From: Candidatus Marinacidobacterium sp.
GTDB taxonomy: Bacteria > Acidobacteriota > Vicinamibacteria > Marinacidobacterales > Marinacidobacteraceae
Direction of reading: 5' to 3'
Length of the DNA: 64,000 nt
Assembly: GCA_965220965.1 (NCBI GenBank)
Contig: OZ244852.1
Coordinates: 1,024,001-1,088,000, forward strand
Shown here: piece after piece, positions 49,087 through 57,189 of the stretch
Position numbering within the stretch: position 1 is the first letter of the stretch
Layout of the letters: each line of letters opens with the position of its first letter
Made by a program: the position numbers and the translations under genes
Notes under the pieces: generated by a model
What the model was told of the DNA's origin: nothing
What the model saw: only the letters and a program-made list of their open reading frames with translations
The model's database searches: none

Positions 49087-49943
49087 TACGTCCCGAAGAT
49101 GCTTGCGGAGCGGCGCCGGCTGAAGGCGGAGGCCGCCGCGAGGAGCGCGCACGCCGCGACCAGCAGGATGATCGAGGCCGCGGCCGCGGTCGGCCAGTCG
49201 AACGTGACCGCGACGAGCTCGTAGATCTCGAGCACCAGGGTGCGCGCGCCGCTTCCGCCGAGGAGCGCCGGCGTCGCGTAGGCCGACAGACAGCCCACGA
49301 CGACGAAGCTGGCGCCGGAGAGCAGTCCCGGGACGGTCAGCGGGAGCGTCACCCGGAAGAAGGTCGCGAGCGGCGATGCGCCGAGACCGCGCGCGGCGTC
49401 CACCAGACCCCGGTCCGCGCGATCCAGGCTGGCGGTCAGCGCCAGGATCATGAACGGCAGGAAGGACTCCGTCAGCGCGATCAGCACCGCCGCCTCGGTG
49501 TGGAGGAGCCCCGCCCGCGGCAGCCCGAGGGCCACCAGCGTCTCGCCCAGGACCCCCTGGCGGCCGAGCAGCAGCGTCCAGCCATAGGCGCGAACCACGA
49601 TGGACATGAGCAGCGGCGAGACGACGAGCAGCGTCAGCACGCTTCGGGTGGCCCCGGACGAGCGCGACAGCACCCACGCCGCCGGAAACCCGAGGAGCGT
49701 CGTCAGGCCCGCGGTGGATAGCGCCAGCCGGACGGTGCGCAGCGCCGACTCGGGGTAGGGGGCCTCGAGCAGCGCGGCGAACGAACCGAGCGCCGGGCCG
49801 CCCTCGAGCGGCGCGAGCGGCCCGGGCGGAAAGAGCGAGACCCGCAGGAGGATCCCGACCGGGATCGCGGCCCCGACGAGGATGACCCCCAGCGCCGGCA
49901 GCAGCAGGAGCATCGCGGCGCGCCGGGGGGCTCCGCTGTCCAT
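49086..49943 (-). CDS. ABC transporter permease (PotB-like)
   Basis: SIVVRAYGW, LPFMIL, LVDAARGLGAS, TPALLGG, DWPTAAA. Confidence 0.9.
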   Translation of the reverse strand: MDSGAPRRAAMLLLLPALGVILVGAAIPVGILLRVSLFPPGPLAPLEGGPALGSFAALLEAPYPESALRTVRLALSTAGLTTLLGFPAAWVLSRSSGATRSVLTLLVVSPLLMSIVVRAYGWTLLLGRQGVLGETLVALGLPRAGLLHTEAAVLIALTESFLPFMILALTASLDRADRGLVDAARGLGASPLATFFRVTLPLTVPGLLSGASFVVVGCLSAYATPALLGGSGARTLVLEIYELVAVTFDWPTAAAASIILLVAACALLAAASAFSRRRSASIFGT

Positions 49944-49987
49944 GCGCCGCGGGATTCTATGGGTCCGCCCGTTGTACCGTTGCCCGG

Positions 49988-50362
49988 TTGCGTTCCCCCC
50001 TGCGGTCGCTGGTCGGCCCCGCGCTCGCCTTCATCGCGGTCTCGGCGATCGGCGCGCTCTTCTTCCTCGATCTCTGCGATCTCATCTACGACTGCGGGTG
50101 CGCGTCCTGGTGGGCGGGCGGCGCGAGCCACTGCAACATCCAGACGCCCGGCCCGCCCGACTGCCCGTTCTGCGCGCACCCGACGGCGTCCGCGGCGGCC
50201 TGTTTCCTCGGGATCGGCGCCCAGGCCGGCATCATCCTCCGGCGGTTCTCCGCGGGCCCGCGCGTTCTCCTTCGGCGCGCCCTGCTCGCGCTGGCCGCCT
50301 TTGCGCTGGTCATCGCCGCCGCCGGAGGGGTCCTCGGCGTAGCGGTCAGCTACTGGGGCTGA
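49988..50362 (+). CDS. Hypothetical Cys-rich small membrane protein
   Basis: Three hydrophobic segments; loop CDLIYDCGC...HCNI...CPFCAH; TTG start 7 nt after TACCGT. Confidence 0.7.
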   Translation: MRSPLRSLVGPALAFIAVSAIGALFFLDLCDLIYDCGCASWWAGGASHCNIQTPGPPDCPFCAHPTASAAACFLGIGAQAGIILRRFSAGPRVLLRRALLALAAFALVIAAAGGVLGVAVSYWG

Positions 50363-50427
50363 TCCTCACGGCAACCGGTATCATCGGCCGCCGGACCCAC
50401 TCCCCCAGCGACGAAGGGAAGACCTCG

Positions 50428-50829
50428 ATGGACCGCACGAACGAAGTTCGCCACCTCCGATGGGAGGCGATGCCGAAGGAACGCCTGAAGGAGGGCCTGC
50501 ACCGTCGGATGGTGACCGGGGAGCGCGCGATGCTGACCCAGGTCTTTCTCGACAAGGGGGCGGTCGTCCCGATGCATTCGCACGAGAACGAGCAGCTCAC
50601 CTGGGTCGTCGAGGGCTGCCTCCGGTTCTGGATCGGGACCGAGGACTCCGAGCCGGTGGATGTCCACGCCGGCGAAGTCCTGGTGCTCCCCTCGCAGGTG
50701 CCCCACAAGGCGATCGCGCTGGAAGACACGCTCGACGTGGACATCTTCACGCCGCCCCGCCAGGACTGGCTTGACGGCACGGACTCTTACCTGCGGGGGA
50801 CTTCGGGAGAACAAGACGCGTCCTCGTGA
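50428..50829 (+). CDS. Cupin domain protein
   Basis: PMHSHENEQ, GEVLVLPSQVPH, DIFTPPRQDW; SD GAAGGGA. Confidence 0.92.
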   Translation: MDRTNEVRHLRWEAMPKERLKEGLHRRMVTGERAMLTQVFLDKGAVVPMHSHENEQLTWVVEGCLRFWIGTEDSEPVDVHAGEVLVLPSQVPHKAIALEDTLDVDIFTPPRQDWLDGTDSYLRGTSGEQDASS

Positions 50830-50905
50830 GGCCCGGACGGCGGCGACGGCCCGCTCCCCGGGACTTCGCCGCGCGGGGACTCCCGACGGGCCCTGAAGTC
50901 GCGCG

Positions 50906-53206
50906 GTGATGCCCAACAAGCTGCGCATCCTGGCTGCGGGGGCGGCGCTGACGGTCGTCACCGTCGTGCCCCTCTACGGCGTGGCCGGCGCCAACTTCGG
51001 CCTTCTCGAGAGCCCCATGTCGGGGGCGCTCGTCGGCATCCTGGCGGGACTCGTGGCCCTCGGCCTCTGTTTCGCGGTTCTTCACTGGGCCGGCAAGCTG
51101 GCGAGCTGGTTCAGCCGGGACGTCCTCGTCGTCATCCTCACCTCGGCGGCGGCGCTGGTGCTGCTGCGGGAATACGTCGTGGGGTGGCCGGCGGCCCTCC
51201 TTCCGGGTCTGTTCGGCGTTGCGCTCGGGACGCCGTTCCTGCTCGGGTGCGGACTGGCCCTGCTGTTCCGGCCCCGGCGGCAGCGACACCGGATCCTGGG
51301 GTCCTTCGGCGTCCTCGGCGGCGCCGCGCTCGGCGTCTGGGGGATCACCTGGCTGATGTCCCCGGGCGAGGATCCGTTCCCTCGCAACCCGCTCGCCCAG
51401 CCGGACGCGCGCGTCGCGGTGCTCGAGGATCCGGCGGATCACGGAGACTACGAGTTCACCCTGCTGACCTACGGGAGCGGTGATGACCGGCGGCGTCCGG
51501 AGTTCGGCGAGGACGTGGACATCCCCTCGCGTTCGGTGGACCTCTCGCCGGTGCTTCCCGAGTGGCGGGGATTTCGCGCCACCCACCGCGAGTGGTGGTG
51601 GGGGTTCGGGATCGAGCGCGCCCCGGTCAACGGACGGCTCCACCTCCCCGACGTGGAGTCCGGGGACCGGCGGCCGCTGGCGCTGATCGTCCACGGCAAC
51701 CACCGCATGGACGACTTCTCGGACGACGGCTACGGCTACATCAACGAGTTGCTCGCGAGCCACGGCATCGCCGCCGTCTCGGTGGACGCCAACTTCCTCA
51801 ACGGGACGTGGTCCGGCGACTTCGGGGGCCGTGAGATGCCGGCGCGGGCGATCCTGCTGCTCGAACACCTGCACCAGCTCCGCGAGTGGGCCCGGAACCC
51901 GAGGACCCCGGTCTTCAACCGGCTCGACTTCGACCGGGTGGCGCTTCTCGGACACTCGCGCGGAGGAGAGGCCGCCGCCATCGCGGCGGCGTTCAACGAA
52001 CTGGGGCGATTCCCGGACGACGCGCGCTACGAGTTCGACTACCGGTTCGGGATCGAGGCGGTCGTGGCGATCGCGCAGATCGACCGCCGTTACTCGCGCC
52101 GCATCGAACTCGAGGATGTCCATTTCCTCGCCGTCCACGGGTCCTACGACACCGACGAGCCCAGCTACCACGGCCTCCGCCAGTTCCACCGGGTGCGCCT
52201 CTCGCCGGCGACGGCGCCGGCCGGGGAAGCGGAAGAGGGCGCGGCCGACCAGGCCGGTCTCTCTTACCGGATCAAGGCCGGCGTCCTCGCGCACCGCGCC
52301 AACCACGGGCAGTTCAATTCGACCTGGGGGATGGACTCCGGTTTCCCCGGCCACTACTGGCTGAACCGCGCGCCCCTCCTTCGGGCCTGGGAGCAGCAGC
52401 GGATCGCGGCGGTCTACATCTCGGCCTTCCTCCGGGCGACCCTGCTGGGCGAGGAGCGGTTCGTTCCCCTCCTCCAGGACTACCGGGCCGGCCTGGCCCA
52501 TCTGCCGGAGACCCTCTACCAGAGCCAGTACTCCGACTCCCGGACCGGGACCGTCGCGGACTTCCGGGAAGACCTCGACCTCTCGACGGCGACGCTCCCC
52601 GACGCCGTCATCGAGGCAAGCGGTTTTGCGCGCTGGACCGAGGAGGAGGTGTTCTTCCGGGACGGATCGAAACAGGGCGACTCGGCCGCGCGGCTCACCA
52701 TAGGAAACACCGGCGACGAGGACCCCACCTACGAGATCCGGTTCGCCGAGCCCCTCGATGTGAGCGAGGAAGACGAGCTGTCGCTGGCCATCGCGTGGGA
52801 TCCGGCGCGGCCCGAACCCCCTCCCGAGGGCGGCTGGGCGCGCCCTTCGCTGGCGATGACGGTCCAGTTCGTGATGGGGGACGACACCTCCGGTTCCCCG
52901 GTCGCGGTGGCGTCGGTCCGGTCGCCCGAGCCTCCGTTCCAGGTCCGGTTCCTGAAGCCGGAGGGCCTGAACCGCGAGCGGTACCGGCGCGACATCGAGT
53001 GGATCCCGCAGACCGTGCTGATCGGGGTCGCCGGGCTGCTGCCGCCGGCGCCGGAGACGACGAACCCCCCGCAGGCGATTCCACCCGTCGTCCCGCGAAC
53101 CGTGCCCCTTCGAAGCATCCGCTTCCGCTTCGACCGCCGGGTCCCCGGAGAAGTCCTCCTCCAGGAGGTGGCGCTCCGGAGGGCCGCCAGTCCGGTCGGC
53201 GGCTGA
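50906..53206 (+). CDS. Membrane-anchored alpha/beta hydrolase
   Basis: About five N-terminal TMs; LIVHGNH, GY.Y...LASHG, nucleophile GHSRGG, ANHGQFNSTWG. Confidence 0.85.
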   Translation: MMPNKLRILAAGAALTVVTVVPLYGVAGANFGLLESPMSGALVGILAGLVALGLCFAVLHWAGKLASWFSRDVLVVILTSAAALVLLREYVVGWPAALLPGLFGVALGTPFLLGCGLALLFRPRRQRHRILGSFGVLGGAALGVWGITWLMSPGEDPFPRNPLAQPDARVAVLEDPADHGDYEFTLLTYGSGDDRRRPEFGEDVDIPSRSVDLSPVLPEWRGFRATHREWWWGFGIERAPVNGRLHLPDVESGDRRPLALIVHGNHRMDDFSDDGYGYINELLASHGIAAVSVDANFLNGTWSGDFGGREMPARAILLLEHLHQLREWARNPRTPVFNRLDFDRVALLGHSRGGEAAAIAAAFNELGRFPDDARYEFDYRFGIEAVVAIAQIDRRYSRRIELEDVHFLAVHGSYDTDEPSYHGLRQFHRVRLSPATAPAGEAEEGAADQAGLSYRIKAGVLAHRANHGQFNSTWGMDSGFPGHYWLNRAPLLRAWEQQRIAAVYISAFLRATLLGEERFVPLLQDYRAGLAHLPETLYQSQYSDSRTGTVADFREDLDLSTATLPDAVIEASGFARWTEEEVFFRDGSKQGDSAARLTIGNTGDEDPTYEIRFAEPLDVSEEDELSLAIAWDPARPEPPPEGGWARPSLAMTVQFVMGDDTSGSPVAVASVRSPEPPFQVRFLKPEGLNRERYRRDIEWIPQTVLIGVAGLLPPAPETTNPPQAIPPVVPRTVPLRSIRFRFDRRVPGEVLLQEVALRRAASPVGG

Positions 53207-53232
53207 GCGCGGACCCGTCGGGAACCGGCAGG

Positions 53233-53985
53233 GTGGCCACCAGCGGGGCCGCCGGCCCGCGGACGAGCGATCTGGCCGCCTTCGGGCCGCCGGCGCCCGC
53301 CCCCGGACTCCGGCGGCCGCTGGTCACCGTCAGCTACGCCCAGAGCCTCGACGGTTCGATTGCGGAGAACCCGGGGGAGCAGCTTCGTCTGAGCGGCGCC
53401 CGGTCCCTCGAGATGACGCACAGCCTGCGGGCGGCCCATGACGCCATCCTGGTGGGGATCGGCACGGTGCTGGCCGACGACCCCCAGCTCAACGTTCGCC
53501 TGGCGGCCGGCCGCAGCCCGGTCCCCATCGTTCTGGACAGCCGTCTCCGGCTTCCCCGCGACTCGCGCCTCGTGACGGGCGCGGCGCAGTCCGGGACTCC
53601 GGGGGTCCTCGTGGCCTCGACGGACGACGCCCCGGCCTCCGCCGCGGCGGCCCTCGAACGCCTGGGGGTCTCGGTGCTCTCCTTTCCGGGGAAGGAGGGG
53701 CGCGTCCCGCTCGGTCCGCTGTTCCGGGAGCTCACCCGCCGGGGCGTCCGCCGGGTTCTCGTCGAAGGCGGCGGGCAGGTGCTGACCTCGCTCTTTGGAG
53801 AACAGCTCGTGGACTGGGTGGTGATCACGGTGGCGCCCCGCCTGGTGGGAGGCGAGCCCGCGCTCTTCCGGATGGGCGCCCCCGTCGAACTCGAGGGCCT
53901 TCGGTGGACGCGGCTGGGGAACGATCTCGTCTTCGGCGGCCGCCCCCGCTTTGGCCGACGCGCATCCGGAGCGGCCGGGCGATGA
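53233..53985 (+). CDS. RibD C-terminal (pyrimidine reductase) domain protein
   Basis: VTVSYAQSLDGSI, HDAILVGIGTVLADDPQLNVR, VLDSRLR, VLVEGG; no deaminase domain; start approximate. Confidence 0.85.
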   Translation: MATSGAAGPRTSDLAAFGPPAPAPGLRRPLVTVSYAQSLDGSIAENPGEQLRLSGARSLEMTHSLRAAHDAILVGIGTVLADDPQLNVRLAAGRSPVPIVLDSRLRLPRDSRLVTGAAQSGTPGVLVASTDDAPASAAAALERLGVSVLSFPGKEGRVPLGPLFRELTRRGVRRVLVEGGGQVLTSLFGEQLVDWVVITVAPRLVGGEPALFRMGAPVELEGLRWTRLGNDLVFGGRPRFGRRASGAAGR

Positions 53986-55037
53986 GCGCCGGCGCGGGCG
54001 GCGGCGTCGAGCGCCTCTCGGTCTGGTTCGAGGCTCCGAAGACCATCGGGGTGCGCCGTGACCGCTGCCCTGCACCCGGCCCCGGAGAGGTCCGGGTGCG
54101 CGTCCGGTTCTGCGCGATCAGCGCGGGGACCGAGCTGGCCGCCTACCGGGGCCAGCTCGACCCGGACCTGGAGCGCGACGAAACCCTCGGCGCCTTGCGG
54201 GAGGGCGGGTTCCGGTTCCCGTTCCAGTACGGGTACGCCTCGGTGGGCCGGGTCGTGGCGCCGGAACCGACCGATGCGGACCGACCCGGGCGCCGGGTCT
54301 TCGCGTTCACGCCCCACCAGACGGTCTTCTGCGCGCCGGCCGAGGACCTTCACGCCGTGCCGGACGCCGTCCCGGACGAGCGGGCGGCGCTATTTCCGTA
54401 TCTGGAGACCGCGGTCAACCTGCTCCTCGACGGGCCGCCGCGAGTCGGCGACCGGGTGGCGGTCGTGGGGCAGGGAGCGCTGGGCCTCGCGCTGACGGCC
54501 GTGCTCGCGCGCTTTCCGCTCGGCGCGCTGGCGACGGTGGAGCCGAAAGCGGAACGCCGGAAGCTCTCGCGAGCGTTCGGCGCGCGGGAGTCCGTCGCCC
54601 CCGAGGCGGGCCCGGAAGCGGTCCGGGCTGCGCTCGGCGGCCGAGCCGAACTCGTGTTCGAGGTTTCGGGCAGCGGGGCGGGCCTCGACCTGGCCGTCCG
54701 CCTGGCCGCCCGCGAGGGGCGCGTGGTGGCCGGCTCCTGGCATGCGGGGTCGCCCACGCCGCTGGACCTCGGGGGCTGGTTCCACCGCGGCCGGGTGCGG
54801 ATCGTCTCGAGCCAGGTCAGCCGCCTGCCGCCGCTCCCGCCCGCCTGGACCGTGGAGCGTCGCCGCGCCCTCGCCTGGTCGCTGCTCGAGTCCGTTCCCC
54901 TCGAACGGCTGGTGGACCGCGTCGTCCCGTTCGGGGAGGCGGCCCGCGCCTACGCGACGCTGGATCGGGGCGAGGCCGTTTCGGTGCTGCTCTCCTGCGA
55001 GGAAGGGGCGGCCGCGTCGACGTCCCCCTCTTCCTGA
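53982..55037 (+). CDS. MDR-superfamily alcohol dehydrogenase-like oxidoreductase
   Basis: ISAGTE, FPFQYGYASVG, VFAFTPHQT, ETAVN, VVGQGALG, FHRGRVRIVSSQV; ATGA-coupled to the RibD-like gene. Confidence 0.85.
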   Translation: MSAGAGGGVERLSVWFEAPKTIGVRRDRCPAPGPGEVRVRVRFCAISAGTELAAYRGQLDPDLERDETLGALREGGFRFPFQYGYASVGRVVAPEPTDADRPGRRVFAFTPHQTVFCAPAEDLHAVPDAVPDERAALFPYLETAVNLLLDGPPRVGDRVAVVGQGALGLALTAVLARFPLGALATVEPKAERRKLSRAFGARESVAPEAGPEAVRAALGGRAELVFEVSGSGAGLDLAVRLAAREGRVVAGSWHAGSPTPLDLGGWFHRGRVRIVSSQVSRLPPLPPAWTVERRRALAWSLLESVPLERLVDRVVPFGEAARAYATLDRGEAVSVLLSCEEGAAASTSPSS

Positions 55038-57088
55038 GCCCGGGTCTCCTCGGCGAGCCACTCGTAGATCGACTGCTGCGCCGCCGCCGGCGGCCCCTCC
55101 CTGAAGGCCCGCTCGTTCAGGCCGAAGGAGTCGTGCTTTCGCGCCTTGAGGTTGTCCGCCCACTGCAGATCCAGATAACGGCGAAGCGCCGACTGGATCC
55201 TGGGGTCGTAGATCGGACACGCGATCTCGACCCGGCGGTTGAGATTCCTGGGCATCCAGTCGCTGGACGCGAGGAAATAGAGCGGGTCGCCCCCGTTGCC
55301 GAACACCAGGATCCGCGAGTGTTCGAGGTACCGGTCCAGGATCGACACCGCGCGGAAGTTCTTCTCGTCGAGGTCCTCGCAGGGCATCGAGAAGGTGCCC
55401 CGCACCAGGAGCCGGACCTGAACGCCGGCCTCGGCGGCGTCGCGCAGCAGGGCCACGATTTCCGGGTCGGAGAGGTGGTTCAGCTTGGCCTCCACCAGGG
55501 CGGGTTCTCCGGCGCGGGCGCGCTCGGTCTCGGCGAGGATCAGCTCGCGGAGGTGGGAACGGAGCGCCCAGGGGGCGACCACCAGATGGTCCATCTCACG
55601 CGACCCGTAGGGCCGCTCGATCACCCGGAGCAGGCGCCGGATGTCCTCACAGATGCCGGGGTGGGCGGTCAGCAGGAAGTGGTCGGCGTAGAGGTTGGCG
55701 GTGACCTCGTTCAGGTTGCCGGTTCCGATGAAGCCGTAGAGCCCCGACTTGCCCTTGCGGACCCGTTCGATGAGGCCCACCTTGGCGTGGATCTTGAGCC
55801 CGGGCGGGCCGAAGAGCACCGTGACGCCTTCCCGGGTCAGTTCGTCGGTGAACTCGATGTTCGAGGTCTCGTCGAAGCGGGCGGTCAGTTCGACGACCGC
55901 GGTGACCTGCTTCCCGTTCCGCGCCGCGTTGATCAGCGCCCGCACCACGCCCGAGTTCGTCGCGACCCGGTAGAGCGTCACGCCGATCCGGGTCACCTTG
56001 GGGTCGATGGCCGCCTCGCGCAACAGATCGAGCACGTAGGAGAAGCGCTGGTAGGGGGTGTGGATGAGGATGTCCCGGGTCCGCATCGCCCGCATCACGG
56101 AGCGCCTTCGATCCAGCTCCGGGATCCTCAGGTTCGGCCACTTGCGGTGCCGATGGGCCCGGTCGACCCGCGGAAAGTCGATGAAGTCCTTGAAGTTGTG
56201 GTGGCGCCCGCCCGGAACGAGCACCCTCGGGTCATGGACCTGAAGCCCCTGACGGACCATCCCGAGCAGGTCGTCGGGCATGGCTTCGTCGTAGACGAAC
56301 CGGACGAGGGCGGCCGTCCGCCGCCGCTTGACGCTCTTCTCCACCCGCTGGAGAAAGCTGTCCTTCGGGTGCCCCTCGAGGTCGAGACCCGCGTCGCGGG
56401 TGAGCTTCACGACGAAACCCGCCGCGGACTTCACCCGGAAGATCGAGAAGACGTCGGGCAGGCGGTGCCGGATGATGTCCTCGAGCAGGATGATCGTGAC
56501 CCGATCGTCCGCGTCGGGGAGGCGAACGAAGCGGGGGACGGCGCGGGTCGGCACATCGACCATCGCGTAGATCGGGTCGCGCTGACCGACGCGGATCACC
56601 CGCACCGCGAGGTAGATCTCCCGCTCGTCGAGGTTCAGCACCCGGTCATCCCGGCCGAGCATGATGGGGGTGATGTGGGGGCGGACCTTGCCGTCGAAGA
56701 AGTCCCGGACGAAGTCCGCCTGTTCCGGATTCAGGTCCGCCTCGGTGACGATCCGGATGCCGTGATCCTCGAGACGCGCCAGGACCTGGTGGTAGGTGCG
56801 CAGGAAGATCGTCTGGTCCCGGAGGATCCGCCGCTGGATCTCCGCGAGCAGCGCGCCCGCGCGGCGGCCCTCGGCGTCACGCGCCGCCCGCCGCCGCACG
56901 GTGGCGACGCGGACCCGGTAGAACTCGTCCTGGTTGCTCGAGAAGATGCCGAGGAAACGAAGCCGCTCCAGCAGCGGCGTGGATTCGTCCCGAGCCTCCT
57001 GGAGCACGCGGGCGTTGAACGCGAGCTGGGACAGCTCGCGCGGGATGAGTTCCGTCGACCGGGCCGTCGACCTGGACTGATGCGCCAT
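54950..57088 (-). CDS. ppk1: Polyphosphate kinase 1
   Basis: RELSQLAFNARVL, FSSNQDEF, TLYRV, ELTARFDE, LKIHAK, GTGN, RYLEHSRI, M.RNLNRRVE. Confidence 0.96.
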   Translation of the reverse strand: MAHQSRSTARSTELIPRELSQLAFNARVLQEARDESTPLLERLRFLGIFSSNQDEFYRVRVATVRRRAARDAEGRRAGALLAEIQRRILRDQTIFLRTYHQVLARLEDHGIRIVTEADLNPEQADFVRDFFDGKVRPHITPIMLGRDDRVLNLDEREIYLAVRVIRVGQRDPIYAMVDVPTRAVPRFVRLPDADDRVTIILLEDIIRHRLPDVFSIFRVKSAAGFVVKLTRDAGLDLEGHPKDSFLQRVEKSVKRRRTAALVRFVYDEAMPDDLLGMVRQGLQVHDPRVLVPGGRHHNFKDFIDFPRVDRAHRHRKWPNLRIPELDRRRSVMRAMRTRDILIHTPYQRFSYVLDLLREAAIDPKVTRIGVTLYRVATNSGVVRALINAARNGKQVTAVVELTARFDETSNIEFTDELTREGVTVLFGPPGLKIHAKVGLIERVRKGKSGLYGFIGTGNLNEVTANLYADHFLLTAHPGICEDIRRLLRVIERPYGSREMDHLVVAPWALRSHLRELILAETERARAGEPALVEAKLNHLSDPEIVALLRDAAEAGVQVRLLVRGTFSMPCEDLDEKNFRAVSILDRYLEHSRILVFGNGGDPLYFLASSDWMPRNLNRRVEIACPIYDPRIQSALRRYLDLQWADNLKARKHDSFGLNERAFREGPPAAAQQSIYEWLAEETRAQEEGDVDAAAPSSQESSTETASPRSSVA

Positions 57089-57174
57089 CGTTTCGGGGGA
57101 GCTGCGGTCCTGACCCGCCGGCGCCGCGGGCTTCGGCCGGAGCCGCGCCGCGCGGTGTGCTCTGACCGCATTCG

Positions 57175-57189
57175 TACACTAGACGAATG
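57175..57189 (+). promoter_or_regulatory. -10 hexamer TACACT 6 nt upstream of ATG 57187 (leaderless promoter for the SDR gene)
   Basis: ttcgTACACTagacgaATG; an overlapping TAGTGT on the minus strand could serve ppk1. Confidence 0.5.

Noticed and set aside
50830-50905. GC-rich partial inverted repeats (GACTTC...GAAGTC) after the cupin gene considered as a third element copy
   Set aside because: Only a 6-bp match, in the wrong order relative to the element ends, and no core sequence
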